64,000 nucleotides of DNA from a virus, in the IMG/VR virus record IMGVR_UViG_3300016665_000370, positions 1 to 64,000 of that record; one strand, given 5' to 3'. Made by a program: the position numbers and the translations under genes. Positions 18,076 to 26,948 of the stretch are shown here, one piece after another. The notes under the pieces are model-generated. The model was not told the origin of the DNA. It was given only the letters and a program-made list of their open reading frames with translations, and did no database searches. Numbering within the stretch: the stretch's first letter is position 1; each line of letters starts with the position of its first letter.

Positions 18076-19280
18076 TATACCTTAAATGTGTTTGCAAATG
18101 ATATTCCAGTTAAAGCAGAGTATAATAAACCAGAATTTCCAGAACATTCACCAGCAACATATAACCCCTCTACATCTGTTTCAAAATTATTCTTTATATT
18201 TATTTTAGGTACACTTATTTTTAGTGTAGGGTAATATAAATATGCTTTTTCTGTAAAATCTGGTATTATATTATTTAAATTACTAAATAATGGAATAAGC
18301 CAATCAAATTCTTTTAATGGAGATATTTTAGCTTTATTATCCATAAATAAATGAATTTTTTCTTTTAATACTCTATCATTTGCAAGTAAAAATGATAGTT
18401 TTGCTATTCTATCTGCCTCATAAGTTGCATCTTTGCATTCTTTATTAATAATAATATCAAAGCTTACTTTTTCACTTTTCCATCTTTCTTCATTGGATCT
18501 ATAAGAAGAAAGTGCAATATCTAAATGATCTTCTTGTATTGTTGTTCCATTCCAAGATAATTTTCCTATTTCTATATTATCTTTTGTTAATGTACAAACT
18601 GATTTGTTAAATTCTTTTAAAGAAGATTCTCCTAATTCTGCTCGTACCCCATATTTAACTATATTATTTTCTTTTATAATTCCAAAAAAATCAAAAATAT
18701 CTTTTGTAAATCTCCAACCTGATCTACCTATAGATAATAATATTTTCTTTCCAATTATTTTATTGTAATTTGTTGTTACTAAAAATCCATTTGATGTATT
18801 TTCTACTGATGAAATTTCTTCATCAAAGAAATAAGTTAAATTATTATGATCTTCTATAAACTTATTCATTTCTTTTGATAAAACATGAACATTTTTAGGA
18901 TAAGTTTGAAAATAATCATGATATTCAATAGAATAATTATTATCTTTTAAAGAACTTAAACATGTTTTAGATGGTTTTTTTGTTTTTATTTCTTTAAAAT
19001 CAAATAATCTAGAAAATAAATTATTTAAATAATCAAAGCTAGTATTTATTTGATCTTTCGTAATAATAGATTCTAATTTATTTAAATCTGATAAATAAAA
19101 TTTTCCATCACTTGTTGGAAGACAACCTAGCCAACCTTCCATCTGCCTTCTTCTTTTTAATGGAGGTCTGCCTAAATCAACAATTCCTACTTTTAAATTA
19201 GGATTATCTTTGCATACCTTATAAGCCGCAAAAGACCCAGCAACTCCTGTTCCCAAAACTAATAAATCAAATACTTTCAT
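18075..19280 (-). CDS. FAD-dependent oxidoreductase
   Basis: Rossmann LGTGVAG, SDGK, SIGRSG, C-terminal ETDVEGLYVAGE. Confidence 0.85.
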   Translation of the reverse strand: MKVFDLLVLGTGVAGSFAAYKVCKDNPNLKVGIVDLGRPPLKRRRQMEGWLGCLPTSDGKFYLSDLNKLESIITKDQINTSFDYLNNLFSRLFDFKEIKTKKPSKTCLSSLKDNNYSIEYHDYFQTYPKNVHVLSKEMNKFIEDHNNLTYFFDEEISSVENTSNGFLVTTNYNKIIGKKILLSIGRSGWRFTKDIFDFFGIIKENNIVKYGVRAELGESSLKEFNKSVCTLTKDNIEIGKLSWNGTTIQEDHLDIALSSYRSNEERWKSEKVSFDIIINKECKDATYEADRIAKLSFLLANDRVLKEKIHLFMDNKAKISPLKEFDWLIPLFSNLNNIIPDFTEKAYLYYPTLKISVPKINIKNNFETDVEGLYVAGECSGNSGLLYSALTGISFANTFKV

Positions 19281-19359
19281 TAAAATCCTTTATTGTTTTT
19301 AACAAACCTTTATATAACTTTTTTATTGAAAAGATTGAATAAAATGAAAAAAATATATA

Positions 19360-21483
19360 ATGACAAATTACCCTAATAATTTAGATACTACTATAACTCT
19401 TCCAATTGCTACTGATTTAAATTTACCATTATCAACAAATTCTGTAAAAGGAATTATAAAATTAACAAATGACCTAGGAGGAACTGCTGATCTTCCTACT
19501 GTAGTAGGTATTCAAAATAATCCAATAAATGATTCTACTCCAACAAATAATCAAGTTCTTACTTGGGTAGATATTGATGGTTATTGGGCTCCTAGAACAT
19601 TAAATCCAGGAGGAGTTGCAGATGCTGATTCTATCACAAAAGGAGTTTTAAAACTAACTCAAGATTTAGGTGGCACAGCAGACCTTCCCAATGTAGTTGG
19701 ACTACAAGGATATGCAATTTCTACAAATGCTCCAGAAGATGGTTATGCATTAGTTTGGAATTCTGGCACATCTGAATGGGAACCCGCTCCTGTAACAGCA
19801 TCAATTGTTGATGCAGATTCTATTACAAAAGGCGCTGTTAAATTAACTCAAGATTTAGGAGGAACAGCAGATCTTCCTAATGTAGTTGGATTGCAAGGAA
19901 GATCTGTTTCTGCCACAGCACCTACAAATGGTCAGGCTTTAGCTTGGAATAATACTGGCTCGGTTTGGGAACCAACTACAATAACAACATCAGTTCCAGA
20001 TGCAGATGGGTCTACTAAAGGAATTTTACAATTAACAAATGATTTAGGTGGTACTGCATCAAGTCCTACTGTAACTGGTTTACAAGGAAGAGACGTATCT
20101 TCTACTGCTCCAACAAATGGACAAGCTCTAGTTTGGAATAATTCTCTTTCAACTTGGGAACCTACTACAGTAACAACTTCTGTTCCAGATGCAGACGGAT
20201 CTACTAAAGGCATTTTACAATTAACAAATGATTTAGGTGGAACTGCAACAAGTCCTATTGTAACTGGTTTGCAAGGATATGATATCAATGGAACTGCTCC
20301 AAATAATGCAGAAGCTTTAGTATGGGATGGAGTAAATAACTATTGGAAGCCAACAAGCGTAACATCTTTAATACCAGATGCTCAATCAAACATTAAAGGA
20401 TTAATTGAGTTAGATACTGACTTAGGTGGTACTGCTTCATCACCAAATGTAGTTGGATTACAAGGATATGCTGTTGGAAACATAGCGCCATTAGACGAGC
20501 AAGCTTTGGTTTGGAATAATTTTAATGCACAATGGGAACCAAAAACAATAATATTTGATGCATCTACTTCTGTAAAAGGAATTGTTCAATTAACAAATGA
20601 CTTAGGTGGAACTGCTACAAGTCCCACTGTAACTGGTTTACAAGGAAGGGATATATCATCTACTGCACCTACAAATGGTCAGGTTTTGGTTTGGAACAAT
20701 TCTTTATCAATTTGGGAACCTGCTACAATAACAACTTCTGTTCCAGATGCAGATGGATCTACCAAAGGTATTTTACAATTAACAAATGATTTGGGCGGCA
20801 CGGCAGCAAGTCCCATCGTTACTGGTTTGCAAGGATATGATGTTGCAAATACAGCCCCATCAAGTAATTATATACTTGCATGGAATACATCAAATAATAG
20901 ATGGCAACCAACTGATATGTCATCTATACAATATTTAGAACCATTTCAGCAAATATCAGAAATGATAAATGATAGCGGTATTTCTGCAAATGGAGGTTTA
21001 CCTTTTACAAACCAATCATTTACATTAACTGCTGGCTCTAAATACCTAGCTGCCGGTTTTTCAAAACCAATTATTGGTTTAAAGTTTTATTGGGGAGCAC
21101 CTGCTGGTGGACCATTTACAATTAGAGGAAGATTATATGTAACTAGTACTTCATCAGCAGTCGCTGAAGGTACTGTAAGCGTAAATGCTCAAGGAATATA
21201 TACAATTACATTTTCAACTCCATATACACTAACAGGAACTGATTTAAGAAATTATATATATGCTGCAATTTATAACTTAACAGATAGTACAAAATATACT
21301 TCTATTGTTACTACTAATCTAGGAGATCATCCAACAAATGGTAATTTAAATGCTCCAAATATTGGATTTTTATATGCTCCAGGATTATGTTATGTATGTC
21401 CAGTTTATGAAACTACTGAAATAAAACCAACAATAAATACAACTACAGAGATTTATCCAATAGATTTAATATACTCTGTTTAA
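19360..21483 (+). CDS. Repeat-containing fibre/structural protein
   Basis: 707 aa; eight ~63-aa repeats followed by a unique beta-rich C-terminal domain. Confidence 0.75.
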   Translation: MTNYPNNLDTTITLPIATDLNLPLSTNSVKGIIKLTNDLGGTADLPTVVGIQNNPINDSTPTNNQVLTWVDIDGYWAPRTLNPGGVADADSITKGVLKLTQDLGGTADLPNVVGLQGYAISTNAPEDGYALVWNSGTSEWEPAPVTASIVDADSITKGAVKLTQDLGGTADLPNVVGLQGRSVSATAPTNGQALAWNNTGSVWEPTTITTSVPDADGSTKGILQLTNDLGGTASSPTVTGLQGRDVSSTAPTNGQALVWNNSLSTWEPTTVTTSVPDADGSTKGILQLTNDLGGTATSPIVTGLQGYDINGTAPNNAEALVWDGVNNYWKPTSVTSLIPDAQSNIKGLIELDTDLGGTASSPNVVGLQGYAVGNIAPLDEQALVWNNFNAQWEPKTIIFDASTSVKGIVQLTNDLGGTATSPTVTGLQGRDISSTAPTNGQVLVWNNSLSIWEPATITTSVPDADGSTKGILQLTNDLGGTAASPIVTGLQGYDVANTAPSSNYILAWNTSNNRWQPTDMSSIQYLEPFQQISEMINDSGISANGGLPFTNQSFTLTAGSKYLAAGFSKPIIGLKFYWGAPAGGPFTIRGRLYVTSTSSAVAEGTVSVNAQGIYTITFSTPYTLTGTDLRNYIYAAIYNLTDSTKYTSIVTTNLGDHPTNGNLNAPNIGFLYAPGLCYVCPVYETTEIKPTINTTTEIYPIDLIYSV
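19447..20910 (+). repeat. Eight intragenic tandem repeats of about 190 bp
   Basis: KG..xLxxDLGGTA..P.V.G(L/I)Q...P....L.W....W.P; DLGGTA occurs 8 times; boundaries approximate. Confidence 0.9.
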
Positions 21484-22166
21484 ATATGAGATAATCTTTG
21501 TACTTCTAAGATGCAATCCACTTTCCTATCATCAGATCCAGAAGAATCTAATTTAATAGATAATTCATTTGATATTATAGATACAGTAATTGACCAAGTT
21601 GTTGCAGTAACTAAATCTACATTAAAAACATCATCAATTGTAAGCGTACCAGAATCTTGGCTTATAATTACTTTATATTCAAAGTAAGCTCTTTGCTTTA
21701 CTCCAGAAGTAGTTACTGCAAGTAATTTTATATTAACTAAACAAGACTCATCATCATTTATAGAAAATCTTGTACTTCCAGGTAAAAAAGCTTCCACTTC
21801 AGCTCCAGCAGAAGCTGATCCTGTTAATTTATATTTTTCTAAATATTCTAATTGACTCCAATTAGTTCCATCACTTATATAAATTCTTTCATTATTTGCA
21901 CCATCATCTCTTAAATAAAGAGATCCAGATGATTCTACTGTAACTGGAGCACCTGTGCCAGCAGAAATAGTAACTCCACTTGTACCTATTACAAATGGAT
22001 TATCTGTAGATGGAGATGGAGTTGATGGATTATTAATTCTATTTTCAAGAATATCTAATCTTGCTCTAACATTACCATATATTTTTTTAGGATTAACTCC
22101 TAGTTCTTTTTCTATAGCAAGAACTGCATCTCTAACAGCATTTATTGAATCAATAACATCAGCCAT
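21480..22166 (-). CDS. Putative virion structural/fibre-associated protein
   Basis: N-terminal INAVRDAVLAIEKELG and VRARLDILE helix, GSLYLR motif; convergent with the fibre gene. Confidence 0.6.
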   Translation of the reverse strand: MADVIDSINAVRDAVLAIEKELGVNPKKIYGNVRARLDILENRINNPSTPSPSTDNPFVIGTSGVTISAGTGAPVTVESSGSLYLRDDGANNERIYISDGTNWSQLEYLEKYKLTGSASAGAEVEAFLPGSTRFSINDDESCLVNIKLLAVTTSGVKQRAYFEYKVIISQDSGTLTIDDVFNVDLVTATTWSITVSIISNELSIKLDSSGSDDRKVDCILEVQRLSHI

Positions 22167-22725
22167 AAATTAATTTTTGAATAATAGTATCAACTGTCAT
22201 AATTCTTTCTTGCATATTAGAAGTATTTATATGAATATAATTCAATCCTTCAAATTCAAATAAACATTTAATCATTGCATCAATAGTCAATACACCTTCC
22301 CAATTTAAATCTTCTCTAACTCCATCTTGAGCAAGTGTTTCTTTAGAAGGTCTAACAAAAAATAAAATAGAATCTTTTTCTTTTAATCTATTTATATAAT
22401 CTTTGTATTCTTTTGATTCTTTAATTGTATTTAAAATTCTAGCATGATTTGCCGTATAAGCCAAACAATCTATAGATCTATCTGAAACAAAACTTTTATT
22501 TGATTCTAATATTTTATCTTCTTCTTTAATTTGTCTAAAGAATATTGTTTCTTGAAAATCATCTGCTAAATGAATATCAGTTCTAAGCGTTTTAAGATTT
22601 AACTCTCTTTCTGATAATACTGATCTTGCAACTTCTGTTAGTAATGGTAATTTATAAGTTTTAGAAATATATCTTGCTAATGTTGTTTTTCCAGATGAAT
22701 GACTTCCAGCTAAATAAATTTTCAT
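22159..22725 (-). CDS. P-loop nucleotide kinase/ATPase (NadR/AAA_28-like)
   Basis: GSHSSGKTT, EVAR, SDRSIDCLAY, DGVR. Confidence 0.8.
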   Translation of the reverse strand: MKIYLAGSHSSGKTTLARYISKTYKLPLLTEVARSVLSERELNLKTLRTDIHLADDFQETIFFRQIKEEDKILESNKSFVSDRSIDCLAYTANHARILNTIKESKEYKDYINRLKEKDSILFFVRPSKETLAQDGVREDLNWEGVLTIDAMIKCLFEFEGLNYIHINTSNMQERIMTVDTIIQKLIYG

Positions 22726-22727
22726 AA

Positions 22728-22889
22728 TTATCCTTTAATTTCTTTAATAATTTTATCAAAATCTTCCATAGATATAATTGCAGAATTAACAATTAATTTC
22801 TTATCTATTACGGCAGAAACAGTAACAGATATTTTATCATTTGTTTTTTTAAATTCAACAAAACTACCATCTTTATATGCTATTTTCAT
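22728..22889 (-). CDS. Small hypothetical protein (53 aa)
   Basis: Not in the track; MKIAYKDGSFVEFKK...; fills the gap in a co-oriented operon. Confidence 0.55.
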   Translation of the reverse strand: MKIAYKDGSFVEFKKTNDKISVTVSAVIDKKLIVNSAIISMEDFDKIIKEIKG

Positions 22890-23034
22890 GCTTCTCTTTA
22901 TTTATAATTGCAACAATAGAATCATCATTTTTAATGATACAATCTTCTGAACATTCTTGAGCAAATTTTAATGCATCTTCTAAATAATAAAACTTGGTTT
23001 TTGTTGCTTTATTTTTTTCTTTAACTACATACAT
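22873..23034 (-). CDS. Small hypothetical protein (53 aa)
   Basis: Not in the track; MYVVKEKIKAT...; starts immediately after the map stop. Confidence 0.5.
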   Translation of the reverse strand: MYVVKEKNKATKTKFYYLEDALKFAQECSEDCIIKNDDSIVAIINKEKHENSI

Positions 23035-23814
23035 TTATTTACCTTCTGTTATTATTTCTACTTTGTCCTTATGTATATAAATAGTATGCTCAAAATGAGC
23101 GGAAAGATCTTTTGTATAAACAGTCCAACCATCTTTATCTGTATAAGTATCATTAGAAAAACCTAAACATAATAATGGTTCAATTGCTAATGTCATTCCT
23201 TCTTGGAATCTAATTCCATTATCTTGTTTATCTCTATTAGAGACAAATGGTTTTGCATGAGGTTCATTATTTGAAATAAAATGTCCTCCATATTTCTCTA
23301 TTACTTGAAGATAATTATCTTTTGCAATTTTATATATTGTTTGACCTATAATGCCAAGTTTTTTTTCAATTGCTATTTTTGATATTGATTCATATAAAGC
23401 TTGTCTTGTTATTTTTACAAGATTTTCTGCTTTTTTATTTTCACCTATAATAATAGTTATAGCAGAATCGGCAATAGCTCCATCATAAGTTGCACCTAAA
23501 TCAAAGCTAACAATATCTCCATCATTAAAGTTTATTTCTTTAGGAATTCCATGTACTAGCTGTTTGTTTATAGAAATACAAACAGCTTCAGGAAATCCAT
23601 GATAGCCTTTAAATGTTGGAGTACATTTATTATCAAGTATAATTTCTTCTGCTATTTTTGAACATTGCAAAGCGTTATGTTTTGTTGCATTATTCTTTAA
23701 ATAAGATAAGGCTTGAGAAACAACTTTTCCTGCTATTCTTTGTTTCTCAAGCCATTCTTTATTTTGAATAATACATAAGAGGTTATTAAAACTATCTTTT
23801 GTATTAACTTTCAT
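23035..23814 (-). CDS. map: Methionine aminopeptidase type I
   Basis: CISIN..LVHGIP, SFDLG, DSAIT, GGH, H, LAIEP, DGWTV, SAHFEHTI. Confidence 0.95.
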   Translation of the reverse strand: MKVNTKDSFNNLLCIIQNKEWLEKQRIAGKVVSQALSYLKNNATKHNALQCSKIAEEIILDNKCTPTFKGYHGFPEAVCISINKQLVHGIPKEINFNDGDIVSFDLGATYDGAIADSAITIIIGENKKAENLVKITRQALYESISKIAIEKKLGIIGQTIYKIAKDNYLQVIEKYGGHFISNNEPHAKPFVSNRDKQDNGIRFQEGMTLAIEPLLCLGFSNDTYTDKDGWTVYTKDLSAHFEHTIYIHKDKVEIITEGK

Positions 23815-23983
23815 TTTTTTCTAAAAACTTATCTAATATACTTTCATTTATTTGTTTATCCAAATCAGCTAAAACTTTTATTAGTTTAAAACTAACTTTT
23901 TTTTCTGTTCTTGGATTTTCTATTTGTAATAAAATATAATTTCTTATATTTATTAAATCAGATATTTCACTTATCTTGATCAT
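23804..23983 (-). CDS. Small hypothetical protein (59 aa)
   Basis: Not in the track; MIKISEISDLINIRNYI...; overlaps both neighbours in the operon. Confidence 0.5.
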   Translation of the reverse strand: MIKISEISDLINIRNYILLQIENPRTEKKVSFKLIKVLADLDKQINESILDKFLEKNES

Positions 23984-24188
23984 TTAACTTTATATTTCCT
24001 TCTGCATCTATAATGTGATTTGTTGTCATTCCATGAGCTAGATATATATTTAATACTTTATTTCTATATTTAAGCTCAGAGCATTCTAGATTTACTCTTG
24101 CTACTTCTAACTGAAGTTCAGCAATTTTTTTCTCTAGAGTTGCAACATCAATTAGTGCTCTTTCTTTATCAGATATTTTTGAATCCAT
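23967..24188 (-). CDS. Small coiled-coil protein
   Basis: 73 aa with heptad pattern; AAGG RBS. Confidence 0.7.
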   Translation of the reverse strand: MDSKISDKERALIDVATLEKKIAELQLEVARVNLECSELKYRNKVLNIYLAHGMTTNHIIDAEGNIKLNDQDK

Positions 24189-24197
24189 ATTTTTCCT

Positions 24198-25475
24198 TTA
24201 TAATAGTTCAGCAGCTTCGGTTGCTAATCTAGATCTTTCACCTTTCATTAAGGTAACATGACCAAATAACTTAGAACCTTTGAATGACTTTATAACTTTA
24301 GTTAATCCGTTATTCATGATGTTTAAATTTTTTGAGTCAATTTGATTAGCGTCACCAGTAAGGATAATCTTAGTACCAACACCTGCTCTTGTCAATAATG
24401 TTTTTATTTCATGTTCTGAGAAGTTTTGAGCTTCATCTACAATAATTAATGAATTTGGTATAGATCTTCCTCTGGCAAATGTAATCAAATCCATTTCTAT
24501 TTTGCCTTTATGAATATACATATCTAAATCTTTTTTCCATGTTGGATTCTTTTTTGATGAATTAAATAAAACTTCAAATGAATCCATGATTGCAGCAAAA
24601 TGTGGTTGTTTCTTTTCTTCTAGATCTCCTGGTAAAAATCCAATATCATTTCCAACAACTTCTACTGGTCTATAAATAATTAACTTATCATAAGCTTTTT
24701 GGTTTAAAACTGCTTCTAAGCCACATGCTAATACACATAAGCTTTTACCAGATCCAGCTACACCTAATGCTGTAACAAGCTCTACGCTTTTATCTAAACA
24801 AAGATCCATTAAACATAGCTGATCTTTGTTTTTAGGAGAAATGTCCCAAGGCTTATGACTACGAATTAGTTTTAATTTGCCATTTGGCATTTTTCTTGAT
24901 AATCCATAATTCTTTTCTACATTGTCATTAAATATAATAAAAGAATTATTTTCTAAACCTAATGTATCTTCAACAAAGCCATCAGTTTGCAAAGTTACTC
25001 CAAGCTCATAATCATTTGAATAAGTCATATGATTATAAAGATCTAGAAATGATATTTTATTATTTGGAGATTCTGCAATCATTCCAAATGCTTTAGATTT
25101 TAGTCTTAAATTAATATCAGCAGTTACAATTGTAACTTCTTTATTAGATAGCTTTTGTATTTTAAAAGCACAACAAAGTATTTTGTTGTCTCCATAAGAC
25201 ATATCTTCTAGAAGATTTTCTTCAAAATCAAAATCTATTTTAATTTTAGAATTTGTTTTGATATCTACATTTAGTTCATCTGAACTATTAAAAACATCAT
25301 CTAATAATCTTATTGCTGCTCTTGCATTTTTAGATACATCGCTTTGATATTTTTTTAATTTATCTAGCTCTTCTAAAACTACATAAGGTATTACGATTTG
25401 AGAATTATTAAATGAATAAACAATTGTAGGATCTTCAACTAAAGCCGATGTGTCAAGTACATAGATTCTATTCAT
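24198..25475 (-). CDS. phoH: PIN-domain PhoH family ATPase (PhoH2/YlaK-like)
   Basis: YVLDTS and VLEELD (PIN); GVAGSGKS, IGFLPG, RGRS, DEAQN, GDANQID, ERSRLA. Confidence 0.93.
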   Translation of the reverse strand: MNRIYVLDTSALVEDPTIVYSFNNSQIVIPYVVLEELDKLKKYQSDVSKNARAAIRLLDDVFNSSDELNVDIKTNSKIKIDFDFEENLLEDMSYGDNKILCCAFKIQKLSNKEVTIVTADINLRLKSKAFGMIAESPNNKISFLDLYNHMTYSNDYELGVTLQTDGFVEDTLGLENNSFIIFNDNVEKNYGLSRKMPNGKLKLIRSHKPWDISPKNKDQLCLMDLCLDKSVELVTALGVAGSGKSLCVLACGLEAVLNQKAYDKLIIYRPVEVVGNDIGFLPGDLEEKKQPHFAAIMDSFEVLFNSSKKNPTWKKDLDMYIHKGKIEMDLITFARGRSIPNSLIIVDEAQNFSEHEIKTLLTRAGVGTKIILTGDANQIDSKNLNIMNNGLTKVIKSFKGSKLFGHVTLMKGERSRLATEAAELL

Positions 25476-25611
25476 TCATTTCCTTTTTAAAGACAAAAAG
25501 CTCCTAACAATTAGTTTGCTTTTATTGTTAGAAACTTTTTGTGTATAAGACATTTCACTTTCACTAATTAACCAATCTTATTAATTAAGGAATTATTTTA
25601 TATATATGACC

Positions 25612-25953
25612 TTAAAGTAATTTGGTTTCATATTCTACAGTTACTTCTATGTACACTTGATTTTTTCTGTCAAGTTCTGAAAGATCTTTTTTTATCTTAT
25701 AAAAAGGTTTTTTCATTCTTGCTATTTCTTGGTTTTCAAAAAAAACAATATAATCATCTTCATCTGCAATTTTTAAATTATTTTTTGATAGCAAGTTTTT
25801 TATTTTTATTTTATTTTCAACTGTATTTTCTTCAAACAAAGAATCAGTTTTAAACTCTAATACTTCCAGTATTGTTTTTAAGAATTTATTTTTTTCTTCT
25901 TGTTCAAACTCTTCTTTGTTTGAAGAAATATTTAACAAATATACTTGTTTCAT
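25612..25953 (-). CDS. Hypothetical protein
   Basis: 113 aa, TAATG overlap with the nrdJ C-terminal ORF. Confidence 0.7.
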   Translation of the reverse strand: MKQVYLLNISSNKEEFEQEEKNKFLKTILEVLEFKTDSLFEENTVENKIKIKNLLSKNNLKIADEDDYIVFFENQEIARMKKPFYKIKKDLSELDRKNQVYIEVTVEYETKLL

Positions 25954-26948
25954 TAATTACATTTTGAATAACCGCAAGATTTGCAAGTCAAACATCCTTC
26001 TTGATAAATCAAAGAATCTTCAGATCCACATGATGGACATTTCTTTTCAGAAGATGATTTTTCTCCATCTTTAATATAAGACTTTAAGACTCTTGCTATT
26101 ACTTTAGAGAAAGATGTCATTTCTGCATACTTATCTTTTGTTAGTTGTTCTGCAATATAATGAACTGGAACTCCATGTCTTAGATTTAATGAAATCATTC
26201 TAGTAAATGCTTCATATGTTTTATTTTCAAATACATTTGCAATATCTTTAATAGTTAATTGATCTTCATCAGATCCAGAAACTAAATTATATATTCCATT
26301 TGTTTTTACTATTTTTCCTACTTTGTTTTTTGATGGAATGTCAACAAATTTTGCTAAACCTCCAAATACTTCATATGGTTTGCCATTTAATAGACCAACA
26401 AAAATTGTCCAAGATTCTCCATCTATTTTTACTTTTTTAATATCGCAATCTAATGATTGAGGTCTCTTTGGCGCCATAACTGGATTAATATCTGTTGGTC
26501 TTCCATCTTTTTCTTTCTTTGGTTCATTTGAAATAAGAACTCCGCTTCTAGAACCATCTCTGTAAATAGTAAATCCTTTACATCCAGCTTCCCACGCTTT
26601 CATATATACTTCAGATACTAGATCTTCTGTTACATTGTTTGGTAAATTACAATTATGAACTACAATTCCATTTGCAGTATATGAATGACCTTCTGGTACT
26701 GTAAAATCTCCAACTAATTCATTATTTAATATTTCTTTTTCTTTTAATTTTGAAAAAGTATCTTTTGAAGAATATGGTCCAATATCAATCTTGCACCATG
26801 ATGCAAGCGCATAAATATCTTTATTATTTACTTTTGTTCCAGACTCTTTTAAATAAACTAAGAATTTGCTTGCAAAAGATTTATCTGTTCGTAATTCAAT
26901 TGGTAATCTAATTTCTTGTTCTGCATACATTATATATTTTTCAAACAT
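25953..26948 (-). CDS. nrdJ: Class II ribonucleotide reductase, C-terminal part (split-intein C half + RNR C-terminus + TSCPD-like/Zn-ribbon domain)
   Basis: ...SYTANGIVVHN|CNLP, AWEAGCKGFTIYRDGSR, KRP..L, PYEVF, ISLNLRHG, CPSC...YQEGCLTCKSCGYSKC. Confidence 0.92.
   Translation of the reverse strand: MFEKYIMYAEQEIRLPIELRTDKSFASKFLVYLKESGTKVNNKDIYALASWCKIDIGPYSSKDTFSKLKEKEILNNELVGDFTVPEGHSYTANGIVVHNCNLPNNVTEDLVSEVYMKAWEAGCKGFTIYRDGSRSGVLISNEPKKEKDGRPTDINPVMAPKRPQSLDCDIKKVKIDGESWTIFVGLLNGKPYEVFGGLAKFVDIPSKNKVGKIVKTNGIYNLVSGSDEDQLTIKDIANVFENKTYEAFTRMISLNLRHGVPVHYIAEQLTKDKYAEMTSFSKVIARVLKSYIKDGEKSSSEKKCPSCGSEDSLIYQEGCLTCKSCGYSKCN
26652..26948 (-). mobile_element. Split intein C-fragment (up to 99 aa)
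   Basis: Block F/G VGDFTVPEGHSYTANGIVVHN followed by +1 Cys. Confidence 0.88.

Noticed and set aside
19447-20910. Repeats as a CRISPR array or a diversity-generating retroelement template/variable pair
   Set aside because: The repeats are in-frame protein modules varying mainly at synonymous positions; there are no spacers, cas genes or reverse transcriptase in the window.
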